Positions 1 to 8,026 of a DNA stretch of 64,000 nucleotides are shown piece after piece. Made by a program: the position numbers and the translations under genes. How positions within the stretch are numbered: position 1 is the first letter of the stretch; each line of letters starts with the position of its first letter. The notes under the pieces were generated by a model. That model was not told the DNA's origin. It ran no database searches and was given only the letters and a program-made list of their open reading frames with translations. The DNA is from a virus (Duplodnaviria; Caudoviricetes): positions 1 to 64,000 of IMG/VR virus record IMGVR_UViG_3300005805_009498. One strand, given 5' to 3'.

Positions 1-16
1 TATTAATAGTTAAGAC

Positions 17-1147
17 ATGCCTTTTTCTTACTTAGCATCAGTAGCTGCAACAAAGGGTCCCCCACCCCCGTCATATACACTTTGGGCATGGGGCTACAAT
101 GAAACCGGACAATTAGGACTCGGAGACACCACTATTAGAAGTTCTCCTGTGCAGGTTGGGTCTCTTACAAATTGGGAAAAAATATTCCCTGGCGGACAAT
201 ATACAATGGCGATAAAAAACGACGGAACGCTTTGGACGTGGGGAGTAAATGGAACATTCCAATTAGGGCTCGGAGACCAAAATAACAGAAGCTCGCCAGT
301 ACAGGTTGGGTCTCTTACAGATTGGGAATACATAGCAGCGTCTCGTTCAAGCACTATGGCAATAAAAACCGACGGAACGCTTTGGGCGTGGGGTGCGAAC
401 GGCAATGGAACATTAGGACTCGGAGACACCGAAAATAAAAGCTTGCCAGTACAGGTTGGGTCTCTTACAGATTGGGCAAGAGTGGCAACTGCACCTATAT
501 TAATTGGATCCGGTCATACCGCAGCCATAAAAACCGATGGAACGCTTTGGACATGGGGATCAAATGCTAGAGGCCAATTAGGACTTGGAGACGCCAGTAA
601 TAGAAGCTCCCCCGTACAAGTGGGAGCCAATAACAATTGGGCAAAGGTAGCGGCCAGCTTATCATGTACAATGGCGATAAAAACCGACGGAACGCTTTGG
701 GCATGGGGGTGGAATGCCGATGGCAGATTAGGCCTTGATAACACTACAAGTAATAGTTCTCCTGTTCAAGTTGGATCTCTCAATAATTGGGCACACGTTA
801 TGCCTGGCTCAGGTTCGTTTAGTTTAGCAATAAAAACCGACGGAACGCTTTGGTCGTGGGGGTTAAATAGTAACGGTCAATTAGGACTAGGAGACACCAC
901 TGCTAGAAGTTCTCCCGTGCAGGTCGGTTCTCTTACAGATTGGGCATATGCAGGTGTTACGGCAACAGGTTCGTTTGCACTAAAAACAGATGGAACCATT
1001 TGGGCATGGGGTGCAAATAGCGACGGTCAATTAGGACTAGGAGACACTACGAATAGAAGTTCACCTGTGCAAATAGGATCTATTAACACGTGGTTAGATA
1101 TATCAACCTCGCCATTTGGGCAGTTTTCGTTTGGCATAAAGCCATAA
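17..1147 (+). CDS. RCC1/BLIP-II repeat seven-bladed beta-propeller protein, probable tail-fibre/receptor-binding component
   Basis: Seven ~50-aa repeats of W-x-WG-x-N-x-x-GQLGLGD-x3[13 protein letters not shown]; neighbours a tail-fibre assembly gene. Confidence 0.9.
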   Translation: MPFSYLASVAATKGPPPPSYTLWAWGYNETGQLGLGDTTIRSSPVQVGSLTNWEKIFPGGQYTMAIKNDGTLWTWGVNGTFQLGLGDQNNRSSPVQVGSLTDWEYIAASRSSTMAIKTDGTLWAWGANGNGTLGLGDTENKSLPVQVGSLTDWARVATAPILIGSGHTAAIKTDGTLWTWGSNARGQLGLGDASNRSSPVQVGANNNWAKVAASLSCTMAIKTDGTLWAWGWNADGRLGLDNTTSNSSPVQVGSLNNWAHVMPGSGSFSLAIKTDGTLWSWGLNSNGQLGLGDTTARSSPVQVGSLTDWAYAGVTATGSFALKTDGTIWAWGANSDGQLGLGDTTNRSSPVQIGSINTWLDISTSPFGQFSFGIKP

Positions 1148-1175
1148 TATAATTTTATTTAATGGTGAGATAATC

Positions 1176-2192
1176 ATGAAACATAACGTAGATTTAGATA
1201 AAAACCATCCTTTGGACATCTCTCGTCAGGCATCTATCAATGGAGATTTTGAAATAAGTGAAAAAATCCTAAGAGAACAACCTCAAAATGACCTTCGTGT
1301 ACTTTTCAATTTGGGATGGCATGAAATGAGACATGGAAATCTCAAAAAGGCAATGGAGCATTTCAACTATGGAAGATACATCAATGTATTTGGAAATTCC
1401 GCTATACCTGGAAAAATTTGGAAGGACGAACCGCTTAAAGAAAAAACTTTGCTTTTTAGATGCGAAGGCGGATATGGGGATCAGATCTGCAATTTTAGAT
1501 TTGCAAAAAAATTTTTAGAAAAGGGAGCTAAAGTATTAGTATCGTGTGAAAAGAATTTGATGGAATTATTTTCACGACATGGATATATTTGTATTGATAA
1601 TAAAGCGGCACATTTTTCCCATTATGATTATTGGGTCCCCTCGATGTCAGCCGCATTTATTTTGGATTTGGAATACGAAGACATCGATGGATCTCAATTT
1701 TTATCATCTCAAGAATCACATAAATTATTTGCAAAAAAAGGTTCCTTAAAGGTTGGTATTCGTTGGTCCGGTAGTCCCGACTTTGAAGATGAACAAAATA
1801 GACGTTTTCCTCCCGAATTGATGATAGGGTTACATGATATCCCAGGTACAACATTTTATTCTCTTCAGCGAGACGAAAATTTGGTTGAAGGTCTTCCATT
1901 TACAGACATGAAAGAACAGATGAAAACATGGGAGGATACGGCAGGCATAATTAACGATTTGGACTTAGTGATAACATCTTGCACTTCAATAGCACATCTT
2001 TCTGCTGCAATGGGAAAAGAAACTTGGGTAGTTGTACCGATACTTCCATATTATATCTGGTCAGTTCCGGGGAACAAATCAAGGTGGTATGAGTCTGTAA
2101 CTCTTTTTAGACAGAAGAAATTTGGAAGTTGGGAAGAGCCATTCGCAGAAATTAGAAATAGTTTAGAGCAAAAAATCAAACAGAGAAAATGA
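1176..2192 (+). CDS. TPR-containing GT-B glycosyltransferase (GT9/heptosyltransferase-like)
   Basis: Short N-terminal TPR-like helices; motifs EGGYGDQI, VGIRWSGSP, LDLVITSCTSIAHLSAAMGKETW typical of TPR-GT9-like proteins. Confidence 0.8.
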   Translation: MKHNVDLDKNHPLDISRQASINGDFEISEKILREQPQNDLRVLFNLGWHEMRHGNLKKAMEHFNYGRYINVFGNSAIPGKIWKDEPLKEKTLLFRCEGGYGDQICNFRFAKKFLEKGAKVLVSCEKNLMELFSRHGYICIDNKAAHFSHYDYWVPSMSAAFILDLEYEDIDGSQFLSSQESHKLFAKKGSLKVGIRWSGSPDFEDEQNRRFPPELMIGLHDIPGTTFYSLQRDENLVEGLPFTDMKEQMKTWEDTAGIINDLDLVITSCTSIAHLSAAMGKETWVVVPILPYYIWSVPGNKSRWYESVTLFRQKKFGSWEEPFAEIRNSLEQKIKQRK

Positions 2193-2344
2193 GATACTAT
2201 TACGTAGAAAACGGGATGATAAATAATGGTTCAATGAACCTTCCAAAAAATTGGGAAAATATTAGTAATTTTAGTAATTTATCACATGAACAATTGATAT
2301 CACTTGGTTTGGTTTCGTTGGCGATCAAAATTATTAAGGATTAG
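2189..2344 (+). pseudogene. Truncated paralogue (51 aa) of the tail-fibre assembly protein at 2613-3068
   Basis: ATG overlaps the GT stop (ATGA); MRYYYVENGMINNGSMNLPKNWENISNFSNLSHEQLISLG matches MKYCYIKNGIIERGPINLPKSWENISNFDILPQEQLISLG, then an extra T (cttggtTtggtt vs cttggttggtt) shifts the frame and similarity ends. Confidence 0.75.
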
Positions 2345-2347
2345 GAC

Positions 2348-2551
2348 ATGCCGTTTTCTTATTTCGCTGGGGTTACTGCAAAAAAAGGAGATCCGCCACC
2401 TGCATATAAACTCTGGGCATGGGGACAAAATAACTTTTACCAGCTAGGGCTTGGGGACACGACAGACAGAAGTTCGCCAGTTCAGCTAGGTTCCCTTACT
2501 CATTGGACGAAAATGAATGCATTGACCCAATCGATGGGAATAACATCATAA
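2348..2551 (+). CDS. Single-repeat (67 aa) paralogue of the RCC1 propeller protein; mini-gene or remnant
   Basis: Same N-terminal header (MPFSYF..T.KKGDPPPAYKLWAWG) and exactly one RCC1 repeat, ending SMGITS* like the FSFGIKP* end of the long copy. Confidence 0.65.
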   Translation: MPFSYFAGVTAKKGDPPPAYKLWAWGQNNFYQLGLGDTTDRSSPVQLGSLTHWTKMNALTQSMGITS

Positions 2552-2612
2552 ATAGTAAGGAAAGATCAACTTCATATTAAAAAAATTTAATAAATAAAAA
2601 ATTGAACGAAAA

Positions 2613-3068
2613 ATGAAATATTGCTACATAAAAAATGGAATTATAGAAAGGGGGCCTATAAACCTTCCAAAGAGCTGGGAAAACATCAGCAACTTTGATA
2701 TCTTGCCACAGGAACAATTAATATCACTTGGTTGGTTACCTTATAGGTTTGTTGCAACTGTTGTACCTGAGAATTCGGTGATAATAGACCCAACCATCGT
2801 CATAGGATCGGATGAGGTGATAGAATACCAAAACTATAGGGCGAAGACGCAGCAAGAAATTGATAACGATAATCAGGGTCTCTGGATGTCAATAAGATCA
2901 AGAAGGAACGAACTGCTTAAAGATTGTGATTGGACCCAGATCGCCGACTCTCCGCTTAATCAAACGTTAAAACAGGAGTGGGCGACATATCGCCAGGAAT
3001 TGCGTGATTTACCTAATACTTATTCAAACCCAAAGGATGTGGTTTGGCCAACCGAGCCAGGATCCTAA
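2613..3068 (+). CDS. Phage tail-fibre assembly/chaperone protein (Phage_tail_APC-like C-terminus)
   Basis: C-terminal RNELLKDCDWTQIADSPL...W.TYRQELRDLP...VVWP motif. Confidence 0.8.
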   Translation: MKYCYIKNGIIERGPINLPKSWENISNFDILPQEQLISLGWLPYRFVATVVPENSVIIDPTIVIGSDEVIEYQNYRAKTQQEIDNDNQGLWMSIRSRRNELLKDCDWTQIADSPLNQTLKQEWATYRQELRDLPNTYSNPKDVVWPTEPGS

Positions 3069-3075
3069 TTTGGTT

Positions 3076-3678
3076 TCATTTTTTATTTATCATGTCCCTT
3101 AACTTTGCGGCGGTCTCGTAGTCCTCTTTATCTATGGCCTCTTGCAGTCTGTTTTCTAGATCGCTTAGGCTTTCTAAGGATTCGTCCTTTTGTTTTTTCT
3201 TTGTTTGCGACTTTCCCCTTTTTGCGGGTTTTATCGGTTGTTCCTCCTTTGGGGACTTTGGGGTTCCGTGTTCGAATGAAAGCTGCTCTACTATGTCGTT
3301 CTGTATGAATATCGGAGATCCCAGCCTTATGGCTATCGATATCGCGTCGCTTGGGCGGCAATCGATTGTTTGACCGTCGCTGAACATCATGGTCGCAAAG
3401 AATGTTTCTTCCATGCTTCCGTCTATGGAAACATGTTCAACATCCAAGGACCTGTCCATGAGAAGATTGCAAAACAGATCGTGGGTTAAAGGTCTTTCCA
3501 ACTCCGGACCGTCCAGGAATATGGCTATAGATTGGGCCTCAGGGCTTCCTATTATCAGGGAAACCATCCTTCCAAGGTCCTCGTTGTCCTTCATTATAAG
3601 GCTATAACTCCCGTTCACTCGATCGTGAGGTATGATCCCGTAAACGAAAAACTCTGTAACGTTAAATGGTCTGCTCAT
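3076..3678 (-). CDS. Bifunctional nuclease (BFN/DUF151) with C-terminal UVR (UvrB/C) motif
   Basis: IIGSPEAQSIA, RPLTHDLF, IDCRPSDAISIAIRLGSPIFI; C-terminal LENRLQEAIDKEDYETAAKLRD. Confidence 0.9.
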   Translation of the reverse strand: MSRPFNVTEFFVYGIIPHDRVNGSYSLIMKDNEDLGRMVSLIIGSPEAQSIAIFLDGPELERPLTHDLFCNLLMDRSLDVEHVSIDGSMEETFFATMMFSDGQTIDCRPSDAISIAIRLGSPIFIQNDIVEQLSFEHGTPKSPKEEQPIKPAKRGKSQTKKKQKDESLESLSDLENRLQEAIDKEDYETAAKLRDMINKK

Positions 3679-5192
3679 ATGTCCACCTTGTAGATCTTAT
3701 AAGGGAAACCCTCCTGTTCGTATATCTCCAGTCTGGAGTCCCCGTGTTTTAACAGATAATTCTTGTCGCCCTTCCAGGAGAGGTCATCGACCACGTCTAT
3801 TATCATCACCTTTTCCTTTTGTGAGTGAAGTCGCATTCCGCGTCCTATCGATTGTTTTATTATCTTTTCGGACTTGTAACTCTCGACAAAGAATATGTTA
3901 TGCAGATTGTTTATGCTGATTCCGGTCGAGAATGTCCCGAACGAGGCTATGAGTATCTTGTTGTTTCCTTCTTCCATGCTCTTCTTGTATTCGTCCCGAA
4001 GAGATGATGCGGTAGACCCATCGACATAGTATACGTCCTTGTCATCACAGGTCTCTCTCAGCTGATCGTATATCCTTTTTCCGTAGTTGTCCTTTATGTT
4101 TTGAAAAAGCACGAGGGAGTTCTTTGTCGTCTTGGAAAGCATCTCACAGACGAACTTGAACCGTTCCTTTGACTTTATGACGAGGTCCCTTTCAAGGGAA
4201 AGCTGTTTGCTTCCCTCGACTTCTCGCTTCCTCTGTCTCAGAAAATGCAGCTTCTGTTTTATCTCGTCGTTTCCGTGCTTAAGCCTTATTATCTTGATGT
4301 TCACCGGTGTCGCTACCTTCTTATCAAAGAGGTCCTGTGGGCTTATGGTGTTTATAAGTGGTCCTATGAACGCCTGTATGGTTAAAGCGTCTGCGGTGTC
4401 GTCCTGCATCAAAGTGCCAGAGAGACCGAACTTAAACGCTGCGTTCTTACACTTGCTTATCACCTTCTTTACCGAGTTTGCGTTAGTGTGATGCGCCTCG
4501 TCAATGCATATCCCCTTTATTCCATCGAACCACGGTTCTTCTAGTTTTACAAGAGATTGGAAAGTTCCTATTATGAGATCGGCGTTCTGTTGGCCCTTTT
4601 CCTTGGATTCACCGGACACCATCTGGGTTTTGAACTTTATAAGAGTTCTGTCGTTTGAGTACTCTTCGAAATCTTCCACCGTTTGTACGATGAGGTTTGT
4701 GTTTGGGACGACAACCAACATGCGATCTACCATACCACGGGTTTTAAGGTATGAGAAAACCAGGAATATTATCATGGTCTTTCCTGCGGATGTTGCTATC
4801 TCGCTTATAGATCTCTGGTGTTTTATTATCCTCTTGGCGGCATCTATCTGGTAATCCCTGGGCTGTTTTTTCATCTTTGTGCAGAACTCTGTCGACCATG
4901 AATCAAAGTCTTCCTCGTCGAAATCCCAGTACATTCTGTCAGTGTCTTGGATCTCAAGCGACATGTTGTACTTGCCACAAACGGATTGTAGCTTCTGTAC
5001 CAAACCTATGGGAATACGGTTGAACTTGTCGATGAATTTGATGTTTCCGTCCCACAGTTTCTTTTTCACCAACGGGTTGAAATACCACCCACGTATCTTT
5101 TTCGTGAGCGATATTGTGATCTGTTCCATCTCGTGAGGAGTGTACTCGTAGATCTGTATCCAGTTTCCATCGTTGGTTACACGTGCCTTCAT
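3675..5192 (-). CDS. uvsW: UvsW-like SF2 DNA helicase
   Basis: PRDYQ, IATSAGKT (Walker A variant), IDEAHH, GLSGT, STGISINNLHN, QSIGRGMR. Confidence 0.92.
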   Translation of the reverse strand: MKARVTNDGNWIQIYEYTPHEMEQITISLTKKIRGWYFNPLVKKKLWDGNIKFIDKFNRIPIGLVQKLQSVCGKYNMSLEIQDTDRMYWDFDEEDFDSWSTEFCTKMKKQPRDYQIDAAKRIIKHQRSISEIATSAGKTMIIFLVFSYLKTRGMVDRMLVVVPNTNLIVQTVEDFEEYSNDRTLIKFKTQMVSGESKEKGQQNADLIIGTFQSLVKLEEPWFDGIKGICIDEAHHTNANSVKKVISKCKNAAFKFGLSGTLMQDDTADALTIQAFIGPLINTISPQDLFDKKVATPVNIKIIRLKHGNDEIKQKLHFLRQRKREVEGSKQLSLERDLVIKSKERFKFVCEMLSKTTKNSLVLFQNIKDNYGKRIYDQLRETCDDKDVYYVDGSTASSLRDEYKKSMEEGNNKILIASFGTFSTGISINNLHNIFFVESYKSEKIIKQSIGRGMRLHSQKEKVMIIDVVDDLSWKGDKNYLLKHGDSRLEIYEQEGFPYKIYKVDI

Positions 5193-5196
5193 TTGA

Positions 5197-5664
5197 TCAA
5201 ACTGATGTTCTAAAGTTCTCCATCTCTATGCGATGTTTCAGGCCAAATATCATGTTGTCTATCGTTTTTACCGTTTCGTGAAAATAGCTGGCCTGCGACC
5301 TTACTATCTCTATGTGGTGTTTCTGATCGGCGGAAGCCCCGTCTACTATAACACCCATGTCGGTTTTTCCGTATCTAACATCGCGATCGTTCACCTCTTC
5401 AACAAGCTTCCTTTTAAGCTTTGCGTACTTCTTCTCTAGTTTAAGGACCGCAAGGTTTAGGTTGTAATAGTATTCTATGGCTTCCTGTCTATATGTATAC
5501 AGATCGACCTGGAGTTCGGGAAGACCGGACATGCTCTTCATCCTTTGTGCCATGTCAACGACCTTTTCCTTCCAATTTGACCTTTCCTCTATGAAACGCT
5601 CCTTGATCCTATCAAGTTCCTGGTCCATTTCCTTAGAATAGTTTTCCTGGGTTTCCTTTGACAT
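5197..5664 (-). CDS. uvsY: UvsY-like recombination mediator
   Basis: All-helical 155 aa adjacent to uvsW; C-terminal TVKTIDNMIFGLKHRIEMENF resembles the UvsY C-terminus. Confidence 0.7.
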   Translation of the reverse strand: MSKETQENYSKEMDQELDRIKERFIEERSNWKEKVVDMAQRMKSMSGLPELQVDLYTYRQEAIEYYYNLNLAVLKLEKKYAKLKRKLVEEVNDRDVRYGKTDMGVIVDGASADQKHHIEIVRSQASYFHETVKTIDNMIFGLKHRIEMENFRTSV

Positions 5665-5845
5665 CGTTCTTCTTTTCCTTTATTTTGTAAGAGGAAGATC
5701 TTCTCTTTTTTACGTTAACTTCTAATGTGATTCCTGGCGGGTCTTCAACACCAACAGAAAAAGAAACAGAACCCTTTAAAGCCTGTTTTGAATCCTTTGG
5801 GTCCTGTTCGAAATCCCTGTGTTCCTGATCATATGTAAACCACAT
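5633..5845 (-). CDS. Small hypothetical protein (~70 aa), start revised to ATG at 5845
   Basis: Fills the gap between primase and uvsY with overlaps at both ends; basic C-terminus. Confidence 0.5.
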   Translation of the reverse strand: MWFTYDQEHRDFEQDPKDSKQALKGSVSFSVGVEDPPGITLEVNVKKRRSSSYKIKEKKNDVKGNPGKLF

Positions 5846-6902
5846 CGTACTTGTTGTTGCTAAAATATTTGTAAACGTCACCTAACCTCTTTCCGTTTAT
5901 TCTACAATAAACCATAACATCTGTCCAATCTATCTTGGCCCTGTTTATCTTTATATCATTTTCTGATAGGAAGTTTTTCCATAGAAACACACTTTTCCCT
6001 TGTTTAAGAAGATCTATAGATTTTTCTTGACCTGCCCTGTCATAATCCAACAGGTACCTAAATGATTCGCTTTCGAAAGGAGTAGAGGTATGGAGTGAAG
6101 AAAGTGCGATGCTATTCGGAAAAAGAAAGCTATCCAAGGGACCCTCAAACACAGTTATTGGTCTGGAAAAATCAACGTTAAAAACGTTGAACGTATAACT
6201 CAAACGATCAAGTACGTCAACGTTTGGCACAGAAGATTCCAAGGACATGGCCTCGCACGCCTTTGACCACTTGTACGTCATGTATTTGGACCCGTTATCG
6301 GCGTACTTTCCAAAATTCCTAACTTGCCATCCTATGACTTTTTCCTTTCCACAAAGGTTAAGTATAAACAGCTTATTCTTTTTTTGATCCCATAGAAAAC
6401 GGTTAAGGTCTCTCTGCATTCTTTTTTCCAGATAAACCTGCATCTTGGTTCCTTCGACCTCTACCAGTCCTAATTCTTCTTTTATTTTATCTCTATCAAA
6501 AAGGTGTTTGGCGAGTTCGTCATCAAACAGGGCGTTCAAAACCCTTTCTGTGTCTACCGATTTGTAGGACGAAACGTTGACCATCGAATCAATAGCCAGT
6601 TGGTTTATCTTATCCCATCCCGAAGAGATTCCGTTAAAGTCCCTGAGAAACCCGTTAAGCGTCCTGTGAGTTCCACAGTTATAACAATGGAAGCTAAGGC
6701 TGTTTATGAATATGTTGCCACGCTTCTTCTGTGCGTTTGCATGAGAGTCCCCACAGTAGGGACAAGCAAAGTTTATTCGGTCTCTCATCACCTTCATCTT
6801 GGATTTTTGTGATTGTTGACCGAACCTCTCCAACAGTATCGCCCTAAGCGGTTGCACTATTAGATCTACCCTTTCCTCTGCACCTATTTCTATCTTTTCC
6901 AT
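5829..6902 (-). CDS. gp61: DNA primase (T4 gp61-like)
   Basis: Zn finger CPYCGDSH...FHCYNC and TOPRIM motif VFEGPLDSFLFPNSIAL, LLDYD. Confidence 0.9.
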   Translation of the reverse strand: MEKIEIGAEERVDLIVQPLRAILLERFGQQSQKSKMKVMRDRINFACPYCGDSHANAQKKRGNIFINSLSFHCYNCGTHRTLNGFLRDFNGISSGWDKINQLAIDSMVNVSSYKSVDTERVLNALFDDELAKHLFDRDKIKEELGLVEVEGTKMQVYLEKRMQRDLNRFLWDQKKNKLFILNLCGKEKVIGWQVRNFGKYADNGSKYMTYKWSKACEAMSLESSVPNVDVLDRLSYTFNVFNVDFSRPITVFEGPLDSFLFPNSIALSSLHTSTPFESESFRYLLDYDRAGQEKSIDLLKQGKSVFLWKNFLSENDIKINRAKIDWTDVMVYCRINGKRLGDVYKYFSNNKYDVVYI

Positions 6903-6912
6903 GTTTTAATCC

Positions 6913-6947
6913 AAAAAAAGAATAGGGATCCCCTGACGGGGATCCCT
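6913..6947 (-). terminator. Intrinsic terminator after gp32
   Basis: Perfect 10-bp stem AGGGATCCCC/GGGGATCCCT (6924-6947), 4-nt loop, followed on the minus strand by ATTCTTTTTTT. Confidence 0.85.
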
Positions 6948-6964
6948 GTGTATGGTTTAAAGGT

Positions 6965-7939
6965 TTAGAGTTCTCCGTACATGTCCAAATCGATATCATC
7001 GATATTGATCTCTGTCACCGACTTGGCCTTTTCCTTCGAAGAGGATTTTGCCTTTGTCGGAACTACCTCATCATCGAGAATGTCATCGACACTTGCTACG
7101 CTAACTGCCTTCTTTGAAGGTTTAGGCGAAATTGCAGCTTCGTCGGTTGAGCTTATTGCGTGACCTGAGCTGTTCGTTACGGATCTGATTACGGCATTAA
7201 CAAGGTCGGTTGTATCATCGTCCCATTCCTTAAAACCGAAATCCTCAAGATTTGGTGAGTTTTTCTCTATCCACTCTGCGGCTTTCTTTTTGATATCCGC
7301 GTCCTTTACCGCTTCGCGAAGGTCAATGTTTCCGTCTACCGTGTGTAGCACCGGATAAGCTTCTCCATCGAACTTGGAATTGTCGTAATTGTCCCATTCG
7401 CCTTGCTTGGTGATATGAAGAACAAACCTACGTCCCTTAAGAAGGTTGAACGGATCCTTTGGCTCACCGATCTCTGGATTCAGTTCTGCCTCTATTTTGT
7501 CCTTTAGCTTCTTCCCAAACTTAAAGACCTTGATCTTTCCTTCAAGCTCAGGGTTTTGCGTATCCTTTACTATCTGAACCAAACAGTAACAGTTCAAACG
7601 GCGAGAGAACATCTTTGACATTTCACGCTCGTAAGGATTTTCTGAATCCTTCAGCTTCTTCCACATCCTAAACAATGGGCTATCCTGACCGATGGAAGAA
7701 GGACAATCAACATAACGCCCCTTTCCTGTCGTTGGATCTTCCATCCAACCGGTCCACTTTTCAATTACTGATTTTTTAGGATTTTTGTACCAAGGGATGA
7801 ATCTGATGACGGATTTATAAACGTTATCCTTTCCGTCTGCCGCCTTAGGTTTGTAGACTACGTCCTCTTGACGTGCCGGTTTGTTAAATGCATCTAGGGT
7901 ATTATCACCATCTAGAAGAGAATCGAAATCGAAAGACAT
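6965..7939 (-). CDS. gp32: Single-stranded DNA-binding protein (T4 gp32-like)
   Basis: KSVIRFIPW, YVDCPSSIG, VQIVKD..PELEGKIKVFKFGKK, DPFNLLKG, NYDNSKF, acidic C-terminal tail; AGGAG SD upstream. Confidence 0.92.
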   Translation of the reverse strand: MSFDFDSLLDGDNTLDAFNKPARQEDVVYKPKAADGKDNVYKSVIRFIPWYKNPKKSVIEKWTGWMEDPTTGKGRYVDCPSSIGQDSPLFRMWKKLKDSENPYEREMSKMFSRRLNCYCLVQIVKDTQNPELEGKIKVFKFGKKLKDKIEAELNPEIGEPKDPFNLLKGRRFVLHITKQGEWDNYDNSKFDGEAYPVLHTVDGNIDLREAVKDADIKKKAAEWIEKNSPNLEDFGFKEWDDDTTDLVNAVIRSVTNSSGHAISSTDEAAISPKPSKKAVSVASVDDILDDEVVPTKAKSSSKEKAKSVTEINIDDIDLDMYGEL

Positions 7940-7978
7940 ATTAAGCTCCTTTCAAGAAATTTTAGAAATGTTAGTTTT

Positions 7979-7998
7979 TGTAAGTAGTACTAGTTACA
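7979..7998. promoter_or_regulatory. Near-perfect 20-bp palindrome (candidate operator) upstream of gp32
   Basis: TGTAAGTAGTACTAGTTACA, one mismatched pair, 2 nt from the GATATATAG motif. Confidence 0.45.
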
Positions 7999-8000
7999 AT

Positions 8001-8009
8001 CTATATATC
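8001..8009 (-). promoter_or_regulatory. Candidate late-promoter motif GATATATAG upstream of gp32
   Basis: Same 9-mer is intergenic upstream of four genes (8001, 39875, 52696, 62848). Confidence 0.55.
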
Positions 8010-8026
8010 AAACGCTAGAATTAATG

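Noticed and set aside
17-1147. Regularly spaced DNA repeats (ATAAAAACCGACGGAACGCTTTGG, ~150-bp period) resembling a CRISPR array
   Set aside because: They are in-frame coding RCC1 repeats; the intervening sequence is also homologous and there are no cas genes
2189-2551. Diversity-generating retroelement TR/VR pair
   Set aside because: Differences between the paralogues are not adenine-specific, and no reverse transcriptase is present in the window
2189-2612. Stop-codon readthrough or alternative genetic code joining the short ORFs
   Set aside because: Downstream sequence is not homologous in any frame, and all other genes are long and intact in code 11, ending in TAA, TAG or TGA
5633-5881. 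ORF-track start at 5881
   Set aside because: It extends further into the primase gene; the ATG at 5845 near the primase stop is more plausible
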